The notes: generated by a model not told the origin, from the letters alone. 63,943 bases of DNA, filler included, from Octopus bimaculoides (GCF_001194135.2; 4 parts of 4 records of this genome joined end to end with filler, not necessarily neighbours in it), one strand, 5' to 3'. Positions 1-13,859 are shown, numbered from the whole stretch's first letter. Translations and numbers: made by a program.

Positions 1-744
1 CATACATACATACATACATACATATTCATATGAAAATATGCCTTGGGATGGAAGCATGCACAACTCATATAGAGACATATATATAAATGTACTTACGTAT
101 GTGTACATAAACAACCATGCACACATATTTGTAGACTTAATTATATCGTAGAAAAGAAAGCAAAGAATGTGTTTTATTGTGAAAATCTCCAGCATCAGGT
201 GCTGCTTGCCAAAGTAAGAAGAGTCTCAGGTGTCGAAAAAAGTAGCAAGGAAACTCAGTTAAGGAATATGACAAATAAACAATTGCTTGTAACTAGAGTC
301 GTAAGTTAGGACTTGCAAGTCTTAGAAATACGTTTAAACTAGAAAGTTTGAAAGTGGAAAAACCAAAGTTTTCCAAAGAATTATCCAAAAGTTTGCATGA
401 ACATAAATATAAAAATAAATTTATAATAAATTGAATTATGTAAGGCTGTCTGAAGTGTAATAATTGATGAGGAGCTGGAATAATTGCTGTATAGTACGTT
501 AGTACATTCCTTTCGTTTTTGAGTTCAATGCTGTCTGGTTTCGTTTCAGTACTGAATATTTGTTTAATTTCTCCCTTTTGTCTTTTGAAATAAAGGAATT
601 GGCTACCTGGTGTTGGTTTGCTTCCTTGTTGTAAAGCGTGTGTCAAAGTTATGAATGAATTTATTTCTAGAGAGAGATGCACGATATTTGAATAAAGTAA
701 ATAGTTTCGTATATTTTACCATTTTTTATGTAATAGATACAAAC

Positions 745-897
745 CGCATGGCTGTAAGGTTGTGATGTATGCTTCTCAGGCGCATGCTTTTGATTTCAAT
801 TCTGCAGTGTGGCACCCTGGGTGAGTGCCTTCTAGAATAATCCTAGGCTGACAAAAGTCTTGTGAATAAATTTGACACATTGAAACTGAAAGAAGCT
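745..897 (+). mobile_element. SINE family A (tRNA-derived head), degenerate 5' half, cut by an assembly gap
   Basis: Collinear with the well-preserved copy at 62300-62689 (gtggcacc.tggg..agtg.cttcta...gaaactgaaagaagc). Confidence 0.7.
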
Positions 898-1139
898 ANN
901 NNNNNNNNNNNNNNNNNNNNNNNNNNNNNNNNNNNNNNNNNNNNNNNNNNNNNNNNNNNNNNNNNNNNNNNNNNNNNNNNNNNNNNNNNNNNNNNNNNNN
1001 NNNNNNNNNNNNNNNNNNNNNNNNNNNNNNNNNNNNNNNNNNNNNNNNNNNNNNNNNNNNNNNNNNNNNNNNNNNNNNNNNNNNNNNNNNNNNNNNNNNN
1101 NNNNNNNNNNNNNNNNNNNNNNNNNNNNNNNNNTGTATG

Positions 1140-3106
1140 TATGTCCCTTCAGTATCTAATCATTTAAATTCTTCCTAAGAGAAAGGCGCTACCATTGAAA
1201 GGCTCAAAAAGACCTGAGCCAGCAATCAAGAAAGCAGACACTTTTGCCAAAGGGAAACACTTCAGCAGCCATGAGTGGGGAATATAAACAAATACCTTCA
1301 TATAATCAAGCCATTATGTTCTAAGGCTCCTACAATGCTTCGTTTTTCTTACCTCAGACAGCTTTGTTTATCAGAAGCTGTTCGGCAAATCCTCGCACTC
1401 CCTTCTTTCCACCAGCCTGCTCATCAGTCACCATATTGTTGGACTCACAATGAACCTGGAGGAATTATTTGAGGCAGCTTTTGTACAGTTTATAGATATT
1501 ATTTAGGCATACGATAGACCTGTAGTTTTCAGATTACTCGATGTTTTCATTCTTGGCCACGAGATTCCTCCGTGCTGTTGCAATCCAATCTGGTATGACA
1601 TTCTGAATTTCCATACTGCTTTTGAATATACTATTAGTGGTTTGCTGTAAAATGTCTGCCTCTTATACATATACCCAACTATTAAGCCCCTTCCAGGTGC
1701 CTTCCCTTTATGCAGTGTGCTTACAGGTATAATGAAAATTTCCAGGTCAATTGCATATATTTTAATGTTGATGTTGGTACAGTATTCTCTCATTACTACA
1801 TTTATTCACGATGCATTGAGGTTGAGATTCGTCTTTTCGTTCTAGATTTTCAACTAGAATGATTCAAGATTTTCTTAAGACGGGGATTTTTAACTGTAAT
1901 ATTATCCTTCCTCATCTCTCTGTGTACTGTCTGTGGATTAAAAGTCGACTTGTAATTTATACACATGCGTTCCAACATGTCTTTCCGGTAGCAAAGAGTT
2001 TCGCTCAGAACCCCGAGTTCGTGTTTTAGAGTAATTAACCTCCCCTCAAGAGTTTGTTGTATACACTGTTTCTAATGTGTTTTTAAGATATAACTGATGA
2101 GGTGTAAGCTCATTGTTCCTCTAACATTTTATCATCGTGATTAACCATTCAATATGGTGGCGTAGATTGTTGATGTTTTCCTTGCATGTTGTTTTCCATC
2201 TCGGTTGTTTCGGTCTAGTACTTTCATTACCATGTATACTGCAGGTTTCTCCTAAGTATACTCTAAGAGTTATAGCAGCTGTATATATATGAGGCTATTA
2301 ATACTCCAGTAATTATCACACGGTTCCAGGTGTTCTCCAGCGACATCGTCGATAGCTTTCAACATTAGAACTGTTGGATTTTTCCTTAATCCTGTTAAGA
2401 ATGGCTTCTTATTTAACGATAGCTTTGAAAAAGTAGAAAAGTTTCCTATGAACTATAGTTTCAGGATATTTCTAAGTTGAATACATAGTTGGCTGTGTTG
2501 ACTCAGCTACATTTGGAGAGACACAAGAATTTAGAGATGGCGGCGGTTTGTTTGTATTCTTTTGGCCAATTCTCAGTGTTTGGAGAAGATCGATTTGCAT
2601 CACGAGAGCTAGTCATTTTTCTCTTTAAAAAAAATGCTTGTTGTCGAAATCATTTCACCGAAATGGTGCTTAAGCTAAGCTAAGATTCATTTCAATATGT
2701 TTTTAACCGCGTTATATATCCGATAGAAAGGTCTTCACGAACTTTTTCCTAGCATCGAATTAGATCTTCGTTTAGATGTGGAGTCCAAGTAAAACGAGAG
2801 GAATACTTACGTCTTCTTTGATAGCTTACTGGTGTTGAATTGCTGTTTTCGCTATGGTGTTGTTGTTAGTTTCAGCCAAAATCATGTTAGCGAAATTCTA
2901 CGTGGTATAATGTATATTTTTTAGTTCCGGTTCGAATAACGCTACCTTCGCAGGTAAAACGTGTTTCTTTTATTCATAATGGGAGAAGTAAACCAGTTAC
3001 TAATTTAGGCTGGAGGTGTCGGCATAAATGTAGAAGGGGACCTTACAAAAATATATTTTAAAAAGCTCTCTACGCATGCATATCTGATATTAACGACGCC
3101 ATCTTG
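1140..3106 (-). mobile_element. R4/Dong-like (RLE-type) non-LTR retrotransposon, 5' part with N-terminus and RT domains 0-3; frameshifted and stop-riddled
   Basis: Minus-strand translation gives HKGKAPGRGLIVGYMYK, ENYRSIVCLNNIYKLY, EQAGGKKGVRGFAEQLLINK and WLDYMKVFVYIPHSWL, all non-LTR RT motifs. Upstream are RFTWTPHLNEDLIRC and PRWKTTCKENINNLR, resembling the R4/Dong N-terminus. The sequence stops just before the QGD motif. Confidence 0.85.
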
Positions 3107-3444
3107 TATGTATGTATGTATGTATGTATGAGTGCATGTGAGTGCGTGTAAGTATATTTATGTCTCTTTGTCTTGACATCATGTGATCGTTGTAAATTAT
3201 TGTCACTGTCATATAAGCAATGTCATTCATTTCCAATATTTTCCGAAAATATGCCTGGTCGTCATGTGACAGGAAGGATATTTGGTAGTAGAAAACGTAC
3301 CCCAATAAATTTCTATCTGATGAATTCAATCATGGCAAAGTGGACATTGAAATGACGATGATGATACTCTTTAATGAGAGCGCGAGAGAACAATGCTCAA
3401 AGAAGAGGATGGTAAAGTAGGAATAGGAGGCATTCAATCTCTTC

Positions 3445-4080
3445 CTCATTATCATCATCGTCATCATCATCATCACCATCTTCATCTGGTTGCGTTTTCT
3501 CATACAGTTTCAACCCGTGCAATCCACCCATCTCGGTCTTACATTAGTGAAACGAGGTCTTCGGGATGCATCCACTGCCTCTCGCGTATTGATGTTCGGA
3601 CGACCTGCTCCAGTATGGCCATGCATTGGGACCCATAGGAGTAGGTCGTTCGATAGCTATTGCGGTGTAGATTTGCGATGAAAACTCCCATCCATTGGGT
3701 CCTTAGTTTTCGGAGAGGGGAATGGTCTGTAGATGTATCTGCGAATACTCAATAGGCAGTCCCGGACAAAATCACGGGTTGCTCTTTGGCAAGGCATACC
3801 ATTCGTTAGTCAACCAAGAAGGGTTATCGTATAATTCTGAAGCCCTAAACAGTGTGGAAATGCCCCTATCATCGGAAGGCAGAGTGGTTGTAGGGAATGA
3901 ATGGTAAACCATAAAAAAATATTTTGTTTCTAGATTCTTCCCAATTCGCAAAACAAATCGCCCTTTTATGAACGTTGGTCTGGAACGCCATCAGTTTGAC
4001 TGGCGCTGCAATCGTCTTCAGGACCTGAGCCAATAGACGAGAAATTAGCAATCGAAAGCCATTCCGTGACTCGCGTTAAG
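3445..4080 (-). mobile_element. RTE-clade LINE 3' fragment with (GAT)n tail, highly degenerate
   Basis: Minus strand gives DLLLWVPMHGHTGAGRPN...MHPEDLVSLM*DRDGWIARV, typical of the RTE ORF C-terminus, followed by a (GAT)n tail (plus-strand (CAT)n at about 3445-3485). Extension beyond about 3800 is weakly supported. Confidence 0.6.
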
Positions 4081-4354
4081 CTTCATCATAGAAGTTATGG
4101 GAATATTCTCATCCCTTTTATTCTATGTTTTAATGAAATATGCTACCACAGCATTTTAATTCATTTTGACAATAATCAAGAATTCTTTAGTAAAATAATT
4201 CACTTTTTAATTATTAAAGTGGTGTTTCATTATTAACGAGGTTCCTGTATTAATGTGATATAATTAACAAAAGGTTCTGACATTAAATTATGATGTAAGG
4301 TTTTAATTGAAGTATAAACATTTAAAAATAGATATCACTCTCTCTCTCTCTCTT

Positions 4355-4393
<39 letters not shown>

Positions 4394-4588
4394 CCTGTCT
4401 CTCTTTCCCATTCATTCTCTTTCAGTCTCACTTTCCACACTACACATGAACTTTCAACAGCACAATGACTTCATTCTCCTGAAATACTCTTGTTATATAC
4501 GTTCATCGTCTTTCCTTCTCGTCTAAAGTAAATGATTACAGGTAATGTAATAGACAGAGGGCGCAGGCGTGGCCCTTGTTGTAAGGAG

Positions 4589-4628
4589 CTGTATTTTCTT
4601 TTATGCAAGCCAGGAACTTTTCAGTAAC
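4589..4628 (+). mobile_element. Right-end/TIR remnant of a mariner-like element
   Basis: aagccaggaacttttcagtaac is an imperfect inverted match to the left TIR at 59969-59997 (reverse complement aaagccaaaaactattcaataacccctcg). Confidence 0.35.
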
Positions 4629-4639
4629 ATTTCTTCTGG

Positions 4640-4720
4640 TTCTTTATGTTCTAAGATCAAATGCTGCCGAGGTCGACTTTTCCTTTCATTCTTGATAAAT
4701 CTAAATACCAGCTAAGCACA
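4640..4720 (+). mobile_element. SINE family D, partial
   Basis: gttctaagatcaaatgctgccgaggtcgacttttcctttcat matches the family D core seen at 4808-5015 in the opposite orientation. Confidence 0.65.
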
Positions 4721-4807
4721 AAGGACGATGCAATCGACTTCATCTTCTCCTGAAAAGTGCTGGCTTTGTACCCAAATTAGGAAGAATTATAAGATTTATA
4801 TTATTTT

Positions 4808-5015
4808 CTATCCTAGGCACAAGGCCCGAAATTTTGAGGGAGTGGGCCAGTCGATTATATCGACCCCAGTGTGTAACTGGTACTTAATTTATCGACCCCG
4901 AAAGGATGAAAGGCAAAGTCGACCTCGGTGGAATTTGAACTCAGAACATAAAGACAGACGAAATACCGCAAAGTATTTTGGCTGGCATGCTAACATCTCT
5001 GCCAGCTCGCCGCCT
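4808..5015 (-). mobile_element. SINE family D, near full-length
   Basis: Sense strand reads ggcggcgagctggcagagatgttagc...gttctgagttcaaattccaccgaggtcgactttgcctttcatcctttcggggtcgataaattaagtaccagtt...gggccttgtgcctaggatagaaaa, with A/B-box-like motifs. More than 12 copies in the window. Confidence 0.9.
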
Positions 5016-5289
5016 TATAAGACTTATATTCATATCTCTTTTGAGTAAGCCACACTTTCTTCCTTCTTTTACCACCCTCTCTCTATCTCGCCTTCTGTCA
5101 CTCTGCCTGTCTCACTTTTTCTCTCCCTCTCTCTCTGGCTCTCTAGGTCTGGCTCTCTTTTCTCATACAAGGAGAAAACTCAGCCATAAAACCTGTAACA
5201 AAGCAGACATTGAAGTTTGATGCGGTCCTTGCACACAGCGGATCCCTGTCAAACCATCCAACTCACGTCATCATGGATGATGGACGTTA

Positions 5290-5305
5290 AAGGATGATGA
5301 CGATG

Positions 5306-5336
<31 letters not shown>

Positions 5337-5396
5337 CGATGACAACGACGACGACGATGTTGATGATGATGATAATGACGACGACGACGACGATGT

Positions 5397-5429
<33 letters not shown>

Positions 5430-5435
5430 CGATGA

Positions 5436-5466
<31 letters not shown>

Positions 5467-5533
5467 AGTGGTGGTGGTGATGACGAGAGAGCGACAACGA
5501 CAAGGAAATGTATACATAGACAGACAGATACAT

Positions 5534-5592
<59 letters not shown>

Positions 5593-5760
5593 GAGAATGA
5601 ACGAAAGAGAAAAGGAGAATATGAGTCAAAGAGCAAGAATGAGAAAATATGTGAGAAAGACAGACAGAAAGGGACAGACGCTCAGACAGACAGACAGAGA
5701 AAAAGAGAGAAAAATAGGGAGAGAGAGAGAGAAAATAAGAGAGACAGAGTGAGAAAGAGT
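5290..5760. repeat. Compound microsatellite (GAT/GAC/GGT)n followed by (GA/GACA)n
   Basis: Directly visible; source of the poly-M/H/S/I ORFs in the track. Confidence 0.95.
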
Positions 5761-6059
5761 ATAACTGCATGACGTATCAATGAAACCAGCTCCTGTTCTC
5801 TTGAGTATATTAGAATGATATTCCTTAATAGGCAACGATGAATCATATGAAATCCAATCCACATTTATCAGATCATGTTCATACTTTAAGGAATTAAAGA
5901 GATTCAGGAATGATTTTGTAACAAAAGAACTCAGAAAATATTTTTTGTTTAATAGAGAGTTTGATATCCTAACATGTTCTTTATGATTTTCTTTACAGAG
6001 AAAGCATTACTTTTGATCATTACTTTCTTTTATATCAGATAACGCTTCAAATAATTCTC

Positions 6060-6284
<225 letters not shown>

Positions 6285-6668
6285 NNNNNNNNNNNNNNNN
6301 NNNNNNNNNNNNNNNNNNNNNNNNNNNNNNNNNNNNNNNNNNNNNNNNNNNNNNNNNNNNNNNNNNNNNNNNNNNNNNNNNNNNNNNNNNNNNNNNNNNN
6401 NNNNNNNNNNNNNNNNNNNNNNNNNNNNNNNNNNNNNNNNNNNNNNNNNNNNNNNNNNNNNNNNNNNNNNNNNNNNNNNNNNNNNNNNNNNNNNNNNNNN
6501 NNNNNNNNNNNNNNNNNNNNNNNNNNNNNNNNNNNNNNNNNNNNNNNNNNNNNNNNNNNNNNNNNNNNNNNNNNNNNNNNNNNNNNNNNNNNNNNNNNNN
6601 NNNNNNNNNNNNNNNNNNNNNNNNNNNNNNNNNNNNNNNNNNNNNNNNNNNNNNNNNNNNNNNNNNNN

Positions 6669-6742
<74 letters not shown>

Positions 6743-6818
6743 CATACAAATGTTTATCATAAAGTGAAGACATAGATGAAAAACGGATTGGAATATCACT
6801 AATATACAAGAAGTTGTG

Positions 6819-7030
6819 AAGGAGTGTGGCTTAGCGGTTTGGGTATTCAGCTTGTGATCATAATCTCGTGAGTTCGATTCATGACAGCGCGTTATGCCTT
6901 TACGTAAGACACTTTATTTCACGTGACTCCAGTTCACTCACCAGGAAAAAGTGAGTTGTACCTGTATGTGAAAGGACCAGCCACGTCACATTCTATATCA
7001 TGATGGATCTCTCGAGAATTCTGCGAAAGT
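6819..7030 (+). mobile_element. SINE family B, 5' two-thirds
   Basis: tggcttagcgg (A box), gagttcgattc (B box), aagacactttatttcacg; collinear with 13860-14180. Confidence 0.8.
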
Positions 7031-9510
7031 CATGAAGACAATATTTGAAAAGACAATATTTTGAAAAGATACCCACATAGATTGCATATCCGGTTTGGAC
7101 CACCAAGAGCTGCAGATAAGTTCTGACCTTTGTGGATTTTGAAATGTCTTTTGAGGCCTCCGTTAAATTTGCAGACCTTCTGTCATACATTACATTGAAA
7201 GGTGTGTACAGATACATAGGCAGAATAGTTGGTGTAGGTTTGTTTCCATGGGTTCGCAAATGAGATTTGAATCCAGCAAAAGAAAGGTTTTGTCTGTCAC
7301 AAATTGTACACACAAAAAAGATCATTGTGATTCACCTTCTTGATCGTAGCATTCCTCTTTAAATCTCTGTTGAGTCTTGCATGCGTGATCCAGGCCTCTT
7401 TAAACGCTTTCACTCCGCTCCACACTTTTGTTCGCTATCCATCTCGACCGGAAGCAAGTGTTTCTATGTCCTCTGGATCCATTCCCAGTGACTTCATGGT
7501 AGTCCTTATGCCATCTTTAAACCCTTTTTGAGGTTTACACCAATAGCGTTTCTCCTCTGCAAGCTCACCATAAAACAGATGTTTTGGTGTGCGTTCATCC
7601 ACTATTCGAACAAAATGGCCACACCATCTCATTTGGTTTCTCACAATCATTGCTTTTAATTGAAGTGATGCATTCAGAAGCACTGATATTTGTCTTTGGA
7701 GTAAAAGATCTCCATTTAATGTTTAAAATGCGATGAAGGCAAATTTGATTGAATTGTCCTAACAATTAGAAATGTCTTTCATAAAATGTCCATATTTCAG
7801 AAGAATACAACAGGTTTGGTAAGACAAATGATTTGTAAAGAGCCAATTTTGTATTGTTATTTATATGTCGTTTGCAGCAAACGCGCGACTACAAGCCACC
7901 AAATGCTTGTGCTGCCCTTTGGCTTTGTAGATATATTTCTGTGCCCGAATTTCTATCATTTTGTACAGAGCTCCCAAAATAGATGAAAGAATCAACAACC
8001 TCAAATAGCTTACTTTTAAACATTTTAGTGGGGGTTGCAAACAGCACCACATGCAGGTTGATACATTACAACTGTTTATTTTTCAAGTTGATGATCAAGC
8101 TAAAATCAACACAAGGTGAGTCAATTGCAGATACAAGAGATTGCAGACCTGTTTCAGAATGACTGACAAGATAGAAATGGTCAGCGTATAAAAGCTCCCT
8201 AATGAGTGAAGTAAAAACCTTCATTTTGCATATCAGTCTGGTCAGATTAAAAACATTCCCTGTTGTTCGATATTTTATGTAAATACCCTCCTCAGAGTTT
8301 TGAAATGTGTATGACAACACAACAGTAGAATATATTTCAAAGCGGATGGATGCATCAAGTTCTCCTTGCTTTACTCCATTTTTCATGGCAAAAGATTCAG
8401 AGACTCTACGACAAAATTAACTCTAGCTTTCATATCTTGATGCAAATCCCTGATCATGTTTACAAATTTTTCTGGGCAATCTATTTTCGTTAGAATTAAC
8501 CACAGAGCATTTTGATAAACACTATCGAATGCATTCCTCAAATCAACAAAGCAATGGTAAAGGGGAAGATTCTGTTCAATGCACTTTTCCTAAAATTGTC
8601 TGATAGTAAAGTTACAATCAGCTGTGCCATTGGAGGGGCACTTTCTCAGTACTCCAACAGTGACAAATTAATATATTTAAGAGTTTAAGCATTTTTTCAC
8701 CCCAATATTTCAAGACTTCTGCACAGATTCTATCAGACCTTGAGGACTTATTATCATTCAGCTTATTCACAGCTAAATAAATGTCATTTAGACTTGGTTC
8801 AAATGCCATCTGTTCTATAGCTGGAAGGTGATCGATTTCTTGCTATCCTTCTCAATTCAACAGATGATGGTCTACTCAAAAGTGCAGAAAAATGTTCTCC
8901 CCAGCGCCTATGAATAGAATCGGTGTCAGTCAGAAGCAAACTTCCATTTACTGTTCTTACTGGCGCTATTAAATATTTTGGGCCATATACCACCTTAACA
9001 TAAGAGTACAAACCTTTGGCGTCATTTCTATCAGCTGCTTTTTGTGCCTCTTTGTTCTATCATTCCACCATTCCTGTTTAGTTTTCCTTAGAGCAGCGTG
9101 AAATTTCCCTTTCAGTTTTCTGCAAGCTACATTTGAGTTGGCGGTTCAAGGACTGAGAAAGAAGTGCATTGCTTAAGTTTTGTTTTTCTAAAAGTAGATC
9201 ATGAATTTCCGCTGATCTATCTGAGAACCAATCACAGGATTTACGGGATTTAAATTCTACTGACGAACTTGCAGCTAAAAATACTTTTATATTGAAATCT
9301 TCCCATATATACTATGGGTCAAGATTCATATTTTCTACAGCATCGTAGAATCTTTGCATGTTGCTTGGTAATTTGAAGTGTGCAGCATTTAACTTTTTGG
9401 ATACCTTAGGGCCAGAATATCGACTTTTAGGCGTTATCGAAAAATTCATTTTTCAACGCACTAGACGATAGTCAGTCTAGCTCTCTGCTCCTCTCATGGC
9501 CCGAACGCTA
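7030..9510 (-). mobile_element. RTE (BovB-like) LINE, 5'-truncated pseudogene: end of APE, RT and C-terminal C2H2 fingers
   Basis: VRAMRGAES*TDYRLV (APE end), NKSSRSDRICAEVLKY, GVKQG...RELLYADH (RT domains 4/5), RNQMRWCGHFVRIVDERTPKHLFYGEL (RTE C-terminus), CTICDRQNLSFAGFKSHLRTH. Confidence 0.9.
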
Positions 9511-10219
9511 GAAACATCTTTCATATCATGTTTTCTTATCATATATATATATATANNNNNNNNNNNNNNNNNNNNNNNNNNNNNNNNNNNNNNNNNNNNN
9601 NNNNNNNNNNNNNNNNNNNNNNNNNNNNNNNNNNNNNNNNNNNNNNNNNNNNNNNNNNNNNNNNNNNNNNNNNNNNNNNNNNNNNNNNNNNNNNNNNNNN
9701 NNNNNNNNNNNNNNNNNNNNNNNNNNNNNNNNNNNNNNNNNNNNNNNNNNNNNNNNNNNNNNNNNNNNNNNNNNNNNNNNNNNNNNNNNNNNNNNNNNNN
9801 NNNNNNNNNNNNNNNNNNNNNNNNNNNNNNNNNNNNNNNNNNNNNNNNNNNNNNNNNNNNNNNNNNNNNNNNNNNNNNNNNNNNNNNNNNNNNNNNNNNN
9901 NNNNNNNNNNNNNNNNNNNNNNNNNNNNNNNNNNNNNNNNNNNNNNNNNNNNNNNNNNNNNNNNNNNNNNNNNNNNNNNNNNNNNNNNNNNNNNNNNNNN
10001 NNNNNNNNNNNNNNNNNNNNNNNNNNNNNNNNNNNNNNNNNNNNNNNNNNNNNNNNNNNNNNNNNNNNNNNNNNNNNNNNNNNNNNNNNNNNNNNNNNNN
10101 NNNNNNNNNNNNNNNNNNNNNNNNNNNNNNNNNNNNNNNNNNNNNNNNNNNNNNNNNNNNNNNNNNNNNNNNNNNNNNNNNNNNNNNNNNNNNNNNNNNN
10201 NNNNNNNNNNNNNNNNNNN

Positions 10220-10256
<37 letters not shown>

Positions 10257-10407
10257 AACATTCAGTCACTAAGATTTGAAATAAGATGTCACTACTGTTA
10301 ATATCTTCTGTAGATAAAATTTTGAATTGATGGTATCAACAGTAGTAACATAGATGATTCCAAACCCGGGTATCATATTTCTTCTTCAAATATAGTATAT
10401 ACAGTGT

Positions 10408-10635
10408 AGGCGCGTGGCTTAGTGGTTAGAGTGTCAGCATTATGATCGCAAGATTGTGGTTTCGATTCCTGGACCGGGTGACGTGTTGTGTTCTTGAGGA
10501 AAACACTTCATTTCACGTTGCTCCAGTCCACTCAGCTGGCAAAAATGAGTAACGCTGCGATGGACTGGCGTCCCGTCCAGCTGGGGAACACATACGCCAT
10601 TGAAACCAGCAAACCGGGCCCATGAGCCTGGCTAG
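10408..10635 (+). mobile_element. SINE family C (family-B-like tRNA head plus a V-domain-like core)
   Basis: gtggcttagtgg and gtttcgattcc boxes. The head is shared with family B up to gcaaaaatgagt, then gctgcgatggactggcgtcccgtccag, which resembles the V-SINE core as I recall it. Other copies at 36115, 49960 and 60145. Confidence 0.85.
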
Positions 10636-11129
10636 GCTTTAAAAGGGCGCATTTATATTCATTATTATAGTATATACAACTGAAGATGGAAAAATATGCT
10701 TCTAAATTAAGTTAATTTTTTTAAAAAATGATTTATTTAGTTTGCACATTAACCGTGGAACTAGTTTTGTATTAACCACGGAAACTTAAAAAATAGACTC
10801 CATTTATTCTACCCGCCTTACATCATTTTCGCACGAGGGAAAAAGTCCGTTTGTTTTTATTTTATTTTTATTTTAAAAGAACTGTCATTCAACACGTTGG
10901 AGTTCGGCNNNNNNNNNNNNNNNNNNNNNNNNNNNNNNNNNNNNNNNNNNNNNNNNNNNNNNNNNNNNNNNNNNNNNNNNNNNNNNNNNNNNNNNNNNNN
11001 NNNNNNNNNNNNNNNNNNNNNNNNNNNNNNNNNNNNNNNNNNNNNNNNNNNNNNNNNNNNNNNNNNNNNNNNNNNNNNNNNNNNNNNNNNNNNNNNNNNN
11101 NNNNNATATATATATATATACAGACATTA

Positions 11130-11400
11130 TTATCAGTATTATTATTACTACTATTGTAGTGGTGGTGGTGGCGGTGAAGATCATGGTGATGAGGATGATA
11201 ATGATTATCATGACGACGACGACGATGACAATAATAATGATGATGATGATGATGATGATGAATGTAATGTTGCCATGATCGTGATCATGAAATGTTAATT
11301 CTGGTGATGATGTTTCCATGGTGATGTTCTTGCAGTTGTTGGTTGCTGGTGGGCCATGTTGGCGATGATAATGAAAATAACATTATCATTATCTTGACAT
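11130..11400. repeat. Degenerate (GAT/AAT/GGT)n low-complexity tract
   Basis: Directly visible. Confidence 0.85.
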
Positions 11401-12055
11401 CCATGTAAAGGAGAGAAAGAGACTGAGAGAAATAGAGTGTGAGAGAAAGAGAGAGAAAACCAGAGAATGTAAGAGAAACAGAAGGAATAAGCGAATGAGA
11501 GAAAACGAATAATATTCCACTCATAAACATCAAGGAATTCTTACTTCTGCTATTAACTCTTAAAGGAAATATATTCCTGCACAAAATATATATTAAAAAA
11601 AAATATATATTTATAAAATAAGAAACATGAGATAAAAGAAGCTATGAAAATTAAACTTATTGTCTTAGATAAATTTATTTTTTACCGATGTAAGATTTAA
11701 TTTATGGAGCTTGTATAGCGAAAATTTATTCCATGAATATTACAAATCAAATATTTATTTCTGAGTTTAGTTTTGTTGTTGTTTCTTGCGATATTTCCAT
11801 ATTTCCCATTCTATAATGTGGCAGCTATTTGTATGATGAAAATTCTAGATATTTCGGGGAATAGTGGTTGATTAAAATATAGAAACATTATAAACCTTTA
11901 TACAACACAATAAGTTTGTGCAGTGTTGAAAAATCACAAAAACGTAAAAAATGAACGCTTTAGATATTATATTCTATTTTCTGTGTGCATGTATTCGTGT
12001 GTGTATGTGTATATATATATAGAAAGAGAGAGACACGCATATATGNNNNNNNNNN

Positions 12056-12110
<55 letters not shown>

Positions 12111-12286
12111 TTATATATAGTGCATACGTATATTATACATGTATACTAGCGTGTATTAATACATTTTCACATACATACAGACATGAACATATATGAATAA
12201 AATATGATATGTCTCTCTCTCTCTCTTTCTTTCTTTCTATGTAAACATATGGATGTGCTTCTATCTGTGTGCCTACATGTGTAGTG

Positions 12287-12325
<39 letters not shown>

Positions 12326-13135
12326 TGCGTGTCTTTATTTATATACGCATACACATAAAACTTACACAAAACAATTTGAATTTTCTGTAGCTGTATTCAT
12401 CATTTTGCTTCAGAAAATCTCCAAATATAAATAGATACGAATAAAATAAATAAATATAAATAAACAAAGAAGAAATGAAATTAGAAATTCTTGAGTAGAA
12501 GTCATTGATGTGAAATTATATTGAATAAAATATAATTCATTAGTTTTCTACTGGCTACGTGTATCTGGGAAAATGTCTAGAATAATATCAAATGGTTTTA
12601 TCCTTTTCATGTTTCAAGGATTGTTCTGTGATTACTGAAGTATGTAGGCATATATATATATTGGTCTACTTACCTTTAGACTTAAAGAAGTGTATATAAT
12701 TTTTTTGGTGGTGGGGAGGAAGATGAAAATTCACCATTAAGCTAGTCAACCGAATGTATGGCAGTAGTTTTTTAATTTTTTTTTTGTACTGGTTTTTGTT
12801 TTGTTTTTTGAACTAACTCCGTATATACTTTTAGCTTTGAGTCTTTGATATAGTTATGCATGTATGTATGTATGTATGTATGTATGTATGTATCTATGCA
12901 TTTATGTGTATATATATCTATGTATATATGTATCTATGTATATATGTGTCTATGTATATATGTATCTATGTATATATGTGTCTATGTATATATATATCTA
13001 TGTATACATATGTGTCTGTATGTAAGTATGTATGTATGAGTGTGGTTTTGAGTGTGAATTAGAATCTATATGTGGAAGAAATGGTGTACGCATTACATAT
13101 GCTAATATACATTCATATACGTATATATACATATG

Positions 13136-13187
<52 letters not shown>

Positions 13188-13230
13188 TTTATGCATATAC
13201 ACATATACATAACTATCTCTCTATCCATCT

Positions 13231-13269
<39 letters not shown>

Positions 13270-13272
13270 CAA

Positions 13273-13303
<31 letters not shown>

Positions 13304-13859
13304 AAGAAGAAAGATGGATAGATAGATACCGCACGAAACGCATGACTCTTGAGTCACTCTGTCGATTCTACTTAATATTAATAAAAAGAATATATACTCA
13401 TGCTTTTAGTTCTATTTTTCCCGCTTACATCACCAGACCCCTGTGTGTTTGTGTATATGTGTGTTTGTGTATATGTGTGTTTGTGTGAGCGTGTTTGTGT
13501 GTGTATTTGTGTGTGTATGCAAACATAGAGACGTATGTTTGTTTGCCTAAAGTCCTATACTTGCAATTATTTCACAATTTTTTTCTGTCATCTGCCACAG
13601 AAAACGCCGAATAGAGATAATAGAGAGATGTTCGAGCTTGAAACTGTTGGATGTTTATAACATAGCATCACTGCCATCGTTATGGTCATCCTCATTGTCC
13701 CCCTTATTCTTGTCGTCGTCATCACTGTCCTTACCATAATCATTATCGCCGCCATTTTCATCACCATTCTTACTGTCCATGTTTTGCATGGGCTTTCACG
13801 AGTCATTTATCTACATTGATTTTTTTTTCTTTGTAACTTCCAGACTAAAGTACATAGTA

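Noticed and set aside
293-682. 129-aa minus-strand ORF
   Set aside because: AT-rich, no domain motif and no splice support.
5249-5864. ORFs rich in poly-M/H/S/I and ER/SL dipeptides
   Set aside because: They are translations of (GAT)n and (GA)n microsatellites.
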